Shown piece after piece: positions 24,609 to 37,932 of a DNA stretch of 64,000 nt. The position numbers and the translations under genes are program-made. The stretch comes from Mobula hypostoma (lineage: Eukaryota). Numbering within the stretch: the stretch's first letter is position 1; each line of letters starts with the position of its first letter. A model generated the notes under the pieces. The model did no database searches. It saw only the letters and a program-made list of their open reading frames with translations, and was not told where the DNA came from. The stretch covers positions 10,728,001 through 10,792,000 of the forward strand of contig NC_086109.1 of NCBI RefSeq assembly GCF_963921235.1. The letters are read 5' to 3'.

Positions 24609-25607
24609 CAGTTCTGTGCAAAAGTCTAAGTCTCATATATATAGTTAGACGCCTAAGGCTTTTACACAGTCCTGTAATAATTTTATGTATGCACTGTGTG
24701 GGCACGTGGCCAAGTGGTTAAGGCATTGGACTAGCGACCTGAAGGTTGTGAGTTCGAGCCCCAGCCAAGGGAACGTGTGTTGTGTCCTTGAGCGAGGCAC
24801 TTAATCACACATTGCTCTGCGACAACACCGGTGCCAAGCTGTATGGGTCCTAATGCCCTTCCCTTGGACAACATCAGTGTCGTGGAGAGGGGAGACTCGC
24901 AGCATGGGCAACTGCCGGTCTTCCATACAACCTTGCCCAGGCCTACGCCCTGGAGAGTGAAGACTTTCCAGGCGCAGGTCCATGGTCTCGCAAGACTAGC
25001 GGATGCCTTTACTTTTACTGTACTGCTGTTGCAAAAAGAAGCAAATTTCTTGACCTGTGTGAGTGATGATAAACCTGATTCTGATCTGGGTCCCTGTTGT
25101 GGACTGAGAGCGGGAAGGGGCCAGGGAGAGGGGAGTTATGGTTGGGAAAAGGGGAAAGGAGCAGAAAACATCAGAGGGACGTTCTGTGATGATCAATAAA
25201 CCAATTCTTTGGAATCAAATGACTTTGCCTGGTGTTTCAGGGTTGGGTGTGTCTACGCTTGCGTAACTCCCCCCACCCCCAGGCCCCTGGCACTTCTCCT
25301 CCGCCACCTGTCCCACCCCCCCCCGCATCATTCCACCCTCGCCATCGCCCAGATCTTTTGGTCACACTAGATTTACATATTCGCTCTCTGCTCCACGTTG
25401 ACAACTACTGTACTGTCTTTACTGGCAGCAGGTGCAGTGTCTGGTCAAGGATCACTTGGAGTAGCGCTGTCATTTTCCACAACAGTTCTTTTCAAATAAC
25501 AAAAGTTATCGTGAAGTCTGTGTGCAGGAAATTAAAATATAAGTACTCTGCAAAAGTCTTAGGCATCCTAGCTAATTATATGTTCATAAGACTTTTGCGA
25601 AGTTCAG
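24609..25607. mobile_element. Composite Tc1-like MITE (copy 2, inverted), carrying a SINE and a second ~130-bp insertion
   Basis: TA-flanked hairpin 24609-24674, second hairpin ~25541-25607, body is the diverged reverse complement of 2420-2780. Confidence 0.65.
24698..25016 (+). mobile_element. tRNA-derived SINE with RTE-like 3' tail
   Basis: Box A tggccaagtgg, box B gagttcgagcc; tail ccatggtctcgcaagactagcggatgcc; short TSD actgt (24693-24697 / 25017-25021). Confidence 0.8.
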
Positions 25608-26046
25608 CCAAGCCAGCTTGTTCCAACACCTAAAACACTGGAGGAACTTGGCAATTCAGGCAGCATCTAGGGAGAGGAATAACCAGTCAACATTTTGGGC
25701 CAGAAGAGTCAGAAACGTTCAATTCTACTAGTCATTGACCTGTCTCGTCCTCCTCTGTGCTCCTTCGTTGAATATGGAGAGCCGACTGTGTTCCCTGGTC
25801 TGGCAATAAAAGCCATTTTTGACTCTGGCTCCTTAGTTCTGCACGCCTCTACTTTGTAGTCCTTCAGAAAGCAGTCTTATGCCAATACTCTTCACAGCTG
25901 TGATATTGCCTCACCCACCGTGTTCTTCCGAAACATCTTGTTGGCAAAATGACCTATGCTTTTGGCCAGCAGAAAAAGGAGAGGGAGGCCGGAATTGATG
26001 AGGACGTTGGAGAGGCTGGTGCTATACCGGCACTCTCTGTACGTGA

Positions 26047-26343
26047 CATAGAAACATAGAAACATAGAAAATAGGTGCAGGAGTAGGCCATTCGGCCCTT
26101 CGAGCCTGCACCGCCATTCAGTATGATCATGGCTGATCATCCAACTCAGAACCCTGTACCTGCCTTCTCTCCATACCCCCGATCCCTTTAGCCACAAGGG
26201 GCATATCTAACTCCCTCTTAAATATAGCCAATGAACCGGCCTCAACTGTTTCCTGTGGCAGAGAATTCCACAGATTCACCACTCTCTGTGTGAAGAAGTT
26301 TTTCCTCATCCCGGTCCTAAAAGGCTTCCCCTTTATCCTTAAG
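26047..26343 (-). mobile_element. CR1 LINE 3' end, young
   Basis: LRIKGKPFRTGMRKNFFTQRVVNLWNSLPQ; (acatagaa)n tail. Confidence 0.9.
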
Positions 26344-26679
26344 TGACTGGAATAACGTGTGGAGATCAAGGAGATGAAGCAAAACTTGGCACTTAATTCC
26401 TTGTTTGTTCGACTTTACATCTTGTGTATTTGACGGACAGATTTCGAAAGAACATGGGGTTGAAGGTGGAAAGGGTGCGTGCGTAAATTTTAAAATTGAA
26501 TACTGTTGGATAGGCATGCAAATGTCTGTGTACATTGAGTTTCACTTGTGTGATATTCAGACTGTTATCGGATTAAGTTCAAGTTCGCTGGCATTCAACC
26601 TTACACTAAACCTTACATTAAACTGTTCCTCTGAGAAAACAGTACATGCATTGCATAAAATAATATTAACACAACGTGC

Positions 26680-27585
26680 TGGCTGTCCATCATGTCCACT
26701 GATGACAGGAAACCTGCGCGGGAGAGTTTTTAAAGTGGAAAGGCCATTGCACTGGGGGATGTTCCACTTTCTCGATCTCCTGAAGTCCAAGTCCAGTGGT
26801 ACAAGCAAGCGTCACAAACTGGGGTCTTCCTTGGTTGCAGTGGATGACCGTGACGTCTCCTTTGCCGTGCCAAGCCCTTCGCTCTGCACGGAGCATTGCA
26901 GGACCTCCTTCCTGGCCACTGGATCTCGCTGTAGATCCCACCCACCCAGACCCCGCCAGAGCTGACCGCATGCTGGGACAGGCATGCCACCATCTCACCA
27001 GGAAATGAGGCCCACTGGCTACCCTCACCTGGTTTAGCCCACCCGTCGAAGCGATGTGGCTGCTGTCGTATGCAAGGGAGCTGAGGCTTTACTCTCTGGA
27101 GAGAAGGAGGATGAGAGGAGACATGATAGAGATATATAAGATATCAAGAGGAATAGATAGAGTGGACAGCCAGCGCCTCTTCCCCAGGGCACCACTGCTC
27201 AATACAAGAGGACATGGCTTTAAGGTAAGGGGTGGGAAGTTCAAGGGGGATATTAGAGGAAGGTTTTTTACTCAGAGAGTGGTTGGTGCTTGGAATGCAC
27301 TGCCTGAGTCAGTGGTGGAGGCAGATACACTAGTGAAATTTAAGAGACTACTAGACAGGTATATGGAGGAATTTAAGGTGGGAGGGTTATATGGGAGGCA
27401 GGGTTTAAGGGTCGGCACAACATTGTGGGCTGAAGGGCCTGTACTGTGCTGTACTGTTCTATGTTCTATGTTCTAACAGCTACTTGGAGTCACAGGTGAG
27501 AGCGGAATGTCTGGTAGGGACCAAAAGAGAGTGAGCTGCCCCAGAGTGGACAGGAGAAGCCCCTTCACCAGACGTCTACCCCCAT
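26680..27585 (-). mobile_element. RTE-like 5'UTR-derived element split by a CR1 (tentative)
   Basis: GC-rich block with minus-strand ggctaaaccaggtgagggtagcc and catccactgcaaccaaggaagacc, recalled from RTE 5' regions; continues after the CR1 at ~27476. Confidence 0.45.
27075..27475 (+). mobile_element. CR1 LINE 3' end
   Basis: RELRLYSLERRRMRGDMIE...FFTQRVVGAWNALP; (ttctatg)n tail. Confidence 0.92.
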
Positions 27586-27935
27586 TCACACAGTAATAAC
27601 ACTCGAGAGGTCTTCCATTGATCCTGTTGTGGTAATTACTCTATTATGGGTTTATTAAGTGTGCCCTCAAGAAAATGAATCTCAGGGTTGTAAATGGTGA
27701 CATATATGTACTCTGATAGCTTTGAAGTTTAAACTTTGACAAATAATTTAAAAATTCTACAGATGTACAAGTTGACATAAAGTGCATATACAACATACAG
27801 TATAGTTAAATATACAACAGTATAATGCTACTGGTGCTGTTGTAACTAATCTGTACTGGGTGGTAGCAGGGTGTTCAGAAGCCCTTCAGCCTAGGGGGTG
27901 GGGATGAAGTGACTGCCCAGCCCAGCAGTGCTTGT

Positions 27936-28532
27936 TAGAACATAGAATAGTGCAGCACAGTACAGGCCCTTCGGCCCACAATGTTGTGCCGACCCTCAAA
28001 CCCTGCCTCCCATATAAGCCCCAACCTTAAATTCCTCCATATACCTGTCTAGTAGTCTCTTAAATTTCACTAGTGTATCTGCCTCCACCACTGACTCAGG
28101 CAGTGTATTCCACGCACCAACCACACTCTGAGTAAAAAACCTTCCTCTAATATCCCCCTTGAACTTCCCACCCCTTACCTTAAAGCCATATCCTCTTGTA
28201 TTGAGCAGTGGTACCTTGGGGAAGAGGCGCTGGCTATCCACTCTATCTATTCCTCTTAATATCTTGTACACCTCTATCATGTCTCCTCTCATCCTTCTCT
28301 CCAGAGAGTAAAGCCCTAGCTCCCTTAATCTCTGATCATAATCTATACTCTCTAAACCAAGCAGCATCCTGGTAAATCTCCTCTGTACCCTTTCCAGTGC
28401 TTCCACATCCTTCCTATAGTGACGCGACCAGAACAGGACACAGTACTCCAAGTGTGGCCTAACCAGAGTTTTATAGAGCTGTATCATTACCTCGCGACTC
28501 TTAAACTCTATCCCTCAACTTATGAAGGCTAA
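27936..28532 (-). mobile_element. CR1 LINE 3' end, same subfamily as 27075-27475
   Basis: 163-aa frame LYKTLVRPHLEYCV...FKRLLDRYM. Confidence 0.92.
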
Positions 28533-31500
28533 CATCCTTCTTAGTTCTTAGACTGTGATGCCTCCTGCCTGATGGTAGGGGGTGAAAAGGATTGTGGGAC
28601 GGATGGGAAGGAGAGGCCATCTCCTCCTTCCCCTCCCTTCGTTGTAAGCATCTTTGCATGTCACGTGGCAACGCTGCATCCTTGTAGATCACATGGAGAG
28701 AGGGTGGAATTTATTTGGGAGTTTGCTGTGTATTTTCCCCCTCCCTTGGGCACTGGAAGAGAGTATTCCAGAGAACTATATCATTTGCTGTACACTATAT
28801 ACAACTTGTGCTTTTTTTTGTGTGGATGCTGCTTATCTGATGCTCTGTGAGGCTGTACTTGTGCTTACATGTGCGAATGACAATAAACTGGGCTTTAACA
28901 CACGCAGGCCACTCAGCCCGTCTAATTCATGCCAGCACACACAATCTGCTGGAAGAACTCAGCAAGCCAAGCAGCATCTGTTGGGGTGGGGGGGGGAAGG
29001 AATTGTTGATTTTTTAAGGTCAAAGCCCTGCATTTTCTGTATCAGCAGATCTCCTTCATACACTTGTCCAGGTTCCCCTCAAGACATCTGCAGTGTTTGC
29101 CTTGGCCAACTTCTGGGAGTGAGCTCCACATGTGCATTGTTCTTTGGGTAAAGAAGGTTTTTATCTGCTTTTTCTCGTTGAGCATTTTCAGTGATTACCT
29201 CGTACTAATGGACGCGTTATTCTCTTTCCACCAAGTGAAAACATTCTCCCGATATTCATATTTTACAAAGCCGTTTAAGAGTTTATGAAACTTTTGTTAG
29301 GCCATCCGTCAGCCCGTTTTCTTGAGTGTTCATTCGTTCTATCCTGTAGTTCTGGGATCCTCCTTGTAAATCTCCTCTGCACCCTCTTTGGTACCTCAGT
29401 ACCACAGTAACGAGAGGTGAGCACATCGCTTCACCACGCCAGGCAGTGATTGCAATTGAGGGTTCAATTCCTGCCTCTGCCTGTAAGGAGTTTGTACATT
29501 TTCCCTGTGACTGCGTGGGGTTCCTCCGGGTGTTCCGGTTTCCTCCCACATTGCAAAGGCGTAAGGGTTAGTAAGGGAATTTCGTCACATGGTAGGTGTT
29601 TGTAAGTAAAATGGCAGAGGCATTTTAAGTTTGAGGGAAACCATAACAACTCCTTTATTGTTCTCCAAACACAGAACATAAAGTGCGGTAAAAAACTTCA
29701 TGTCAGTACATCATCACGTCAGACCAGCCTCTTAAAGTGAACCCCAACTTAATGTTGGTGCTTGTGAATTATGCATTATGTTTCCAGTTGCTACATTACC
29801 CTGCAGGTCAAATTGGGTGGCAGTCATTGGGCCTGTTACCGTGCTGTATCTCTAATGTATAAAAAACATCTTATCCCACTAAAACCTGCACCTTTTAAGT
29901 ATATGCCCTGGCCACCTTAATAATGTCTAACTTAAGTATATCTCATACATATGAATGTGCACTCATTTTCAAGTGTCTTGTTGCTAAGTTTGTGTTGCCA
30001 TAGCAATATATAACCTTACAACTGGAGGTCATGGGTTAAGGATGAAAGGTGAAATGTTTAAGGGGAACATGAGGGGAAACTTCTTCACTCAGAGAGTGGT
30101 GAGAGTGTGGAATGAGCTGTCAGTAGAAGTGGTGGATGTGGGTTCGATCTCAATGTTTGGGAGAAGTTTGGATACATAAGTGGATGGTAGCAGTATGGAG
30201 GACTATGGATGCACGTCAATGGAAGTAGACTGGATGGGCTGAATGGCCTGTTTCTGTGCTGTAGTGTTTTATGGCTCCACATAAAGTGTGTAAATGCTGT
30301 GAAGGCTAGCTCTTTGCAGCAGCCAGCACAGTTCCAAACAAGGACAGGCATAAGTTAATATATTATATGAATATTAATTTTAGTTTAAGCTAAGTTTGGG
30401 AGTGAGGTGAGGCAGCTGGCTGCACTGGGGCTGTACATCACGTGTGGTGCGGAAACTCTGTTTGCTGCCACGTTCTTGACTCGTTAACAGTTGAGGGTAA
30501 TGGACATGTTACTCGTGTGGAACCCTATTGTTGCCCAAGGGCAACGTGTGAGGTATTAAGTGAGCTTGCTATTCTTTCCACCCAGTGTTTGCCTGTGTTG
30601 AATATTCACCGCATTTCACCTATTTTACTAATTTATGAATATTCCTCTGCAATTAGTTCCAGTCTTCCTATATTTGTGCCACCCCATTCCAGATCTGGAC
30701 TGTGCTCAATTTAGAAATTGTTTTCCCTGTGAACAGTAGCGAAAGTGGGAGATGAACATATGTTCTAGGAATTATTTTTGAAATTGTACTCCTATAAAAT
30801 CCTAGGGGCTATCCTGACTGGTTGTGTCGTGGTCGGGTTTGGCAGTTTGAATGTACAGGAATGTTGGAAGCTGCAGGGAGTAGTGGACCGTGACCTATCC
30901 ATCATCGACACATCCCTCCCCACAGCATTGCTGGTATCGGCAGGAGGCACTGACTCAAGAAGCCATTTTGTTTCACAGCTGCACCAGGCAAGGGGGACAG
31001 AAGCCTGAAACCCAACACCACCCTGTTCAAGAACTTCCCCGTGACCACGTGGCTTTCCTCCTGTAGTCCAAGGGTATACCACTTGATAGGTTAATTGCTC
31101 ATTGTAAATTGTCCCGTGATTAGTCTAGAGTTAAATTGGGGGATTACTGCGGGGCTCAGTTCGAAGGGCTGGAAGGGCCTGTTCTGTACTGTATCTTAAT
31201 CGATTCAATTCAATCAATCAGTCAGTAAATAAATACATCAATGGAAAGGAGAACAGCTACTTTAACGATTTGGTTCTTGAAGCAGCGAGCAAAGTCCTAT
31301 TCACTACAGTTTAGTAGCACTATGGCTACTTTGATCATTTGGCACTAAAATGGACTCTTTTTTTGCTGTAATTATGCTCTTTCTTGTAAAAGATGTGTAT
31401 ATGTTATATTTAATTCTTGTTTTTCTTGTCAACACTGATTATATATTGCTATGTTCAAAGTTTAAAGTGAATTTATTATATGAGTCATATATGTCACCAT

Positions 31501-34500
31501 TTACAACCCTGATATTCATTTTCTTGCGGGCATCCTCAATAGATCCACCATAGAATAACAACCATAACAGAATCAGGAAAAGACCACGCCAGCTTGGGTT
31601 CTGTGCCTGTGATGTGCTGCGAGTAAGTTTTTCGCTCCACCTGTGCAGATGAAGTACACTGGACTTTGGATCTTCAGAACCCCTCGCACTTGCTTATGGT
31701 GATCGGCTTTGTAGCCTGGGCTAGAGTAGAGGAGTATGCTGTGATGGTCTATACCCAAGTTCGATGTTCGTAAGCTGGGGAGGACCATACCGGGGAGGTG
31801 AAAGTTTAATTGCAGTAGAGGAATGGGGGTGACCCAGAGAATAAGTGCTAAAAGTCACTAAAAGTTAATCCACAGGTTAACAATGCCATGGTTGAAAGAA
31901 CCGATATTCCAAGAATGCTTATAATTATAATTAAATAGTACCGGAGTCCAGAAGAGCTAGTTGCTCGGAACATTATTTTAATTAGAGATACAGCTCAGTA
32001 AAGGGCCCCTCCAGTCCTACGAGCCCACATCGCCCAATTATAGCCATGTGACCATTTAACCAACCAATCCGTAGGTCTTTTGGAATGTGGGAGGAAACCA
32101 GAGCACCAGGAGGAAACCCACGCAGTCAGGGGGAGAAGGTACCAACTCCTTGCAGGGAGTTGAACCCAAACCCATACTGTCATGGGGAGAACATGCAAAC
32201 TCCCTTACAGGGAATTATACCCCAGTTGCTGGTGCTGCAACAGCATTACATTAACCACAAGATTAAAGTGCCACTCCCAAGCACGTTGGAATAGCTGGAT
32301 AATTGCTGCATTTCAGTGTTCATCTCCCTGGCAAACAGCTCTGCAGAAACCACTTCAATGGCCATCAAAGCCAGCCGTGTCAGCCGATGAGCACACGAGT
32401 ATAATTTTCCATCCAAGTACTGTACTATAAATGGCTTTGCATTAGATGGAAACTTGCGGTAATCCGTTGCAGTCACTAACTACCTCTTAGAACGCAAGTG
32501 GCTAAGTCTGTACCAACAGTGTGTCAGATCTGCTGTTACCTGTTGGTTTCTGTTCATGAGAACAATATGTGGCAAAAGAAAACGCATTTTATTACAAAGT
32601 CGACTTTGTGCATCGACTGTTACTAAGAATAACTTGGATGACTGAACTTTACTATGTTTTAGGAATATTATTTCTGGATTGGGGTTTTCCAGCCAACAGA
32701 TAGAATAATTTCACAATTGTTCTCCACAATGGAGAGAGTTTGGGTGGTAAATGAACAGTGAACATGTTTACTTTCAGTTGAATAAAAGCCAATTCCTTAG
32801 ACCGATACAAAAGTATCGATTGTCAAATCTCGGCCTGAAATGTCGACCATCACCTTGCCTCCACAGACGTTGCTTGAGCTCTTCCAGCAGTCTGTATTAA
32901 GTATGCTCCTGATTCCAGTGTCTGCAGTTGCTTGGGTCTCACCAGACTGCAGCTACAGGAACAAAACTGAATTTAAGATAGTCACTCAGCTCTCTATCCT
33001 TTCCGTCTTAGTTTAATTACACTGAAGTGTCATTCCAAAATCCAACTGTGAGGGAGGTGTGTTCTCCGCTGCCTTAAAGCCTGGCGTTACTGGACACAAA
33101 GAACAAGACTGTGCATGTCTGAATGATTCCAGATAAAAGGCTGTTGAATGTATGTGGGAACGTATACTTCATCTTGCTGAGTCGTGTTCTACTTTCTTCA
33201 AGCTGTACCCTGTCGGCACCAGTTCCACCTGCCCATCAGCAGTTCGATCCGAAGCATTAACTGTTTCTCGTTCCCCAGAGAAAATACGAGTATTTTCAGT
33301 CCTATTTCAGATTTCCAGCCATTTTTATTTTCGTCATCCTTGATTACTGGCTTCTGTGAGTTCAGTGTCACATTAAATTTCCTGATCCGCTCCGGTTCAG
33401 AATCAGCATCAGGTTTAATATCACTGGCATATGTCATGATATTTGTTGTCTTTGCAGCAGCAGTATAATGCAATTTTTTAAAAAAAAGGTAGCGAGGTCG
33501 TGTTCATGGGTTCAATGTCCATTCAGAAATTGGATGGCTGAGGGGAAAGAGCTCTTCCTAGATTGTTGAATGTGTGTGTGCCTCTTCTGTAATGGTAGCA
33601 ATGAGAAGAGGGCATGTCCTGGGTGATGGGGGTCCCTAATGATCGATGCTGCCATTTTTGAGCCTTCCATCATTAATGCCATTGATCTGAAACATTAACT
33701 CTATTTCTGCCTCCACAGATGCTGCCTGACCTGTTAAGCATTTACTGCATTTTCTGTTTTTATTTCAGACTTTAGGCATCTGCAGTGGTTGCTTTTTCAG
33801 GTTTTTCTCTTGACCGTTCCCCTGGCATGACTCGCTAGACCCTTGAAAGTATCTCGGCTTCTCCTCATCAAGTCTACAACAATTTTTATCTGGAACTTTT
33901 ACAGTTTCACCAGATACGATGCAAAACTTTCAGCTTTTGTGTCACAGTTACTCCCGTGCCTTTAACTCATTCCCTTCTCTAGCCTCTCTCTTCCTTATTG
34001 CTTTTTTGCCCTTTCAGTTACATGATATTGTGAACCAGATTTCCTATTAAAGATAAAGATTAGCTTTGTTTGTCACACGTACATCAAGCCATCCGGTAAA
34101 ACGCATTGTTTTGTACGAGTGACCGACACAGTCCATCGATGTGCTGGGGGCAGCCTGCAAGTAGCAGAGCTCTCTTCAGGCACCGACAAAGCCTGCCCAC
34201 AACTCACTAATCCTAACCGTACATCTTTGCGGGTACAGTACTCTCCACCCTGCAAACTGCCTTTTCCAACAGCTCCCGTCTGGAAACTGCTGCAGGTCTA
34301 TTAAAACAGAAACTTACTTTCTTAATCAGATCAGCCATTCTAGTTAATCTCCCCCCACCCCCTCTATCTATTCCCCCCCCCCCCGTCACTGCAGAGCAGT
34401 GTAGACACAGTAAACATATCAGCCAACCCACGGGAGATTGGGGCCGAGAGGAAAAATGGATCAACCATGATGAAATGGTAGAGCAGACTCGATGGGCCAA

Positions 34501-35574
34501 AAGGCCGAATTGTGCTCCTATATTTTATGGTCATTGTCTAAACCACTCCTTATAATGCTGTCTGCATTGTAAATACATGCTGGTATTCATGTATTTATGC
34601 ACATTTTATTCCATACCTGTGATTTAACCTTTACTTTATTGTCGCCAAAAATTGATACTAGAACGTACAATCATCACAGCGATATTTGATTCTGCGCTTC
34701 CTGCTCCCTGGATTACAAATATTAAATATTAAAAATAGTAAAATTAGTAAATATTAAAAATTAGTATTACCTCTAACATTATTTTGTATATAATACTTTA
34801 TTCTTTATAATTGTTGAATGTTGCGCCCTGGCCAACACATCAGATCGAATTGTGAGTACGTGTAAACGTATATGGTGAATAAAGTTGATGCTTGATCAGC
34901 ATTACTGTGCCACAGTGGGATTTCACAACTTGTCGGAGTTGCCGGTGGACCTCTGGGGGTTGACCGATACGTTTTGCCACCCAGAACACGGCGGTGGTGC
35001 CCCGCTCCACTTGCCTTATTGAGATGTGAAAGCTGCTGTCGGGGAGGGCGAGTTCTGAGTAGCTGCGGGTCAGCGGCCTGTGTTTTCAGTGACCCGCAGT
35101 GAACGACCCCAGCTCTCTGAAGGCCGCTTCCTCCTTTGACCTGGTTTCCACATCAACTCTCAGAGATTCCTTTGTTTGCCGGCAAGTACTTCAGACTGTC
35201 TCATCCACTGTGACGGCCTTTCTTCCCCTGTCTGCTGAATGTGACCTGTGTTCTCAAGGGCTCTGACATTACAGATCATAAACTTGCCCTTTCACACCCT
35301 TCCCCAGGTCATTGCTCTGGTGGAGTGATGCACTCTCAGGGTCATTCAATGGGATGTTTTCTGTGCGACAACCATTTGAACCCTGTGATTTATATTCCTG
35401 ACATACTCACTTCAATGATGTGGCTGCTGAAGATTTAATTTGAAGTATCATTAGCTATATTGGCCCACCAAATCTTTGCTGACCACTGACATCAATTACA
35501 TTTATTTCCCCCAAATTCTCAGCTTCTCCACCCACTCGCTAGCAGTGATTTAAGGGAGCCAGTTAACCTACTGG

Positions 35575-35963
35575 AGTGACGGTGTGGGGATATGTCTCGG
35601 GAGGTGTAAAGTGCTCCTTCCCTCCGCTAGCCTGCAGCTCACCCTCGGTCAAGGTGTAGCTCCTGCTTGGACCACCCCCCCCCGCCCCTCACCGATCAGG
35701 GTCATGTGAAACCATGGGGAGAGGTGGTGGATGGTCGTATGAGTGGCTGGTGCACATCACAAGTCCTGGTTATACAACCACTGACACCAGGCAGACAGTC
35801 TCCGAAGGGTATTGATCATGGCTCGGGTCAGCTGTCTTGTAAGGGCTCTGCCCAGCAGAAGTCAATGGCAAACCTTTTCTGTAGAAACGTTTTTCCAAGA
35901 ACAATCTTGGTCATGGAAAGACCATGATTACTCACGTCGTATGGCACCACATATAACGAATGA
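35575..35963 (+). mobile_element. Second copy of the ~390-bp element at 13568-13960
   Basis: End-to-end similarity by eye. Confidence 0.6.
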
Positions 35964-36351
35964 CCACATTAACCTACTAGCCCACGCACATTTGGGAAGT
36001 CATTATGATGTCAAAGTTGACTTTATTACCTTGTGCACTAGTACATGTTTGCACAGGTGCAAGGAAAAACTTTATTTAGAGATAAAGTGCACAACAGGCC
36101 CTTTTGGCCCAACGAGCTGCACCCATCTATTTAACCCTAGCCTCCTCACAGGACAATTTACAACGACCAATTAACCTACCAACCTGTATGTCTTTGGACT
36201 GTGGGAAGAAACCGGAGCACCTGGAGGAAACCCACGTGCTCATGGGAGAGGCGTACAAGCTTCTTACAGACTGTGTTGGAATTGAACTCTGAACTCCGGC
36301 ACCCCAGACTGTAATAGCATCATGCTGACCACTATACTACCGTGGTGTCTA

Positions 36352-37090
36352 AAGGCTGATTTATACTTGTGCGTCAAATGTACGCCATAGGTACGGCGTA
36401 GCCGCGAACCCTACGCTGAACCCTACGCCGTAGCCTAACGTGCACCTCTCCCAAAATGTAACTACGCGTCGCGGCGTCGCAGACCGCAACAACTGTGATT
36501 GGTCCGCTTGGTAGCATCGCATTTCCTCCTACGCTGCAATAGCTTCCCATTGGGCGACTGAAGGGCAGGGAAGGAACTCTGGCTGCAATGCTTTCCATAA
36601 AGCTTTACAGACCGCCGAGATTACGGAGGACCCTGTGCTTGACGCCAGTTTGTAGCTAGCTGCTACAGCCTGTTAGCTTCAGGTGGAAGTCAAAACTCGA
36701 ATGGCGATTCTCAGAGTATACTGTGCGTACACTGATGCGAAATAAATGGTTGGAGACGATGAACCAAATCGTCAAATCTACCTGCCGACATCTGAAAATA
36801 TTTGAAATGCAGTTCCTCGTCCATGTCTCTCAGAGGCCGGACAAGCACAGAAAATTCACCCTCCTTCAGTTTCAGTCGCCATTGTTTGAAGTTTGAGTTT
36901 CTTCATGTTGAGTTTCAACATGAAGAAGCTCAACACAGTGGCGGAGAAACCCTGCCGCCAACTAGCGTTTTGGCAGTGAATTGCAGAGCGACGCAGATGC
37001 ACCAATGCACAAGTATAAATGCTCACAACGGCGTAGCCCACTTGCGTAGGCTGCAGTGTAAGCTAGTACGCGCAAGTATAAATCAGCCTT
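36352..37090 (-). mobile_element. Non-autonomous PIF/Harbinger DNA transposon with transposase N-terminal remnant
   Basis: TIRs aaggctgatttatacttgtgcgt / acgcgcaagtataaatcagcctt. Minus strand 36863-36532 gives [41 protein letters not shown], then after a frameshift [44 protein letters not shown]. Confidence 0.88.
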
Positions 37091-37282
37091 TACTTGTAGC
37101 AGGGATGTAGCAAGAAGCTGGGAGGGGATAGGTAGAAGAGGTAAAGGGCTGAAGAAGAAGGAATCTGATAGGTGAGGGCAGTGGACCATGGGCGGAAGGG
37201 AAGGATAGGTGGAGCCAGAATGGGGAATTGAAATAAGTGAAGGCGGAAAGGTGGAGGAGGTAACGGAAGTGGAGAAATCACA

Positions 37283-37932
37283 TAACAATATAACAATTAC
37301 AGCACGGAAACAGGCCATCTCGGCCCTTCTAGTCCGTGCCAGACTCTTACTCTTACCTAGTGCCACCGACCTGCACTCAGCCCATAACCCTCCATTCCTT
37401 TCCTGTCCATATATCTATCCAATTTAACTTTAAACGACAACATCGAACTTGCCACAACCACTTCTTCTGGAAGCTCTCTGAGTAAAGAAGTTCCCCTCAT
37501 GTTACCCCTAAACTTTTGCACTTTAACTCTCAACTCATGTCTTCTTGTTTGAATCTCCCCTACTCTCAGTGGAAAAAGCCTATCCACGTCAACTCTATCT
37601 ATCCCCCTCATAATTTTAAATACCTCTATCAAGTCCCTGCTCAACCTTCTACGCTCCAAAGAATAAAGACCTTACTTGTTCAACCTTTCTCTGTAACTTA
37701 GGAGATGAAACCCAGGCAACATTTTAGTAAATCTCCTCTGTACTCTCTCAATTTTAATGACATCTTTCCTATAATTCGGTGAGCAGAACTGTACACAATA
37801 CTCCAAATTTGGCCTCACCAATGCCTTATACAATTTCAACATTACATCCCAACTCCTATACTCAATGCTCTGATTAATAAAGGCCAGCATAACAAAAGTT
37901 TTCTTCACCACCCTATCCACATGAGATTCCAA
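37283..37932 (-). mobile_element. CR1 LINE 3' fragment
   Basis: LYKALVRPNLEYCVQF...ERRRLSRDLIEVFKIMRG. Confidence 0.9.

Noticed and set aside
24698..24770. tRNA gene (also 41683-41755 and 20751-20825)
   Set aside because: Boxes A and B are present, but each runs into a SINE body and tail with no clean cloverleaf or terminator.
26697..26725. Extra hammerhead at ctgatgacaggaaacctg
   Set aside because: CUGAUGA and a small hairpin are present, but no GAAA follows the stem and there is no stem I.
27476..27585. HDV-like ribozyme at the 5' end of the RTE-like element (also considered at 13568-13680)
   Set aside because: RTE 5' ends can carry these, but I could not build the nested double pseudoknot by eye; needs a descriptor search.
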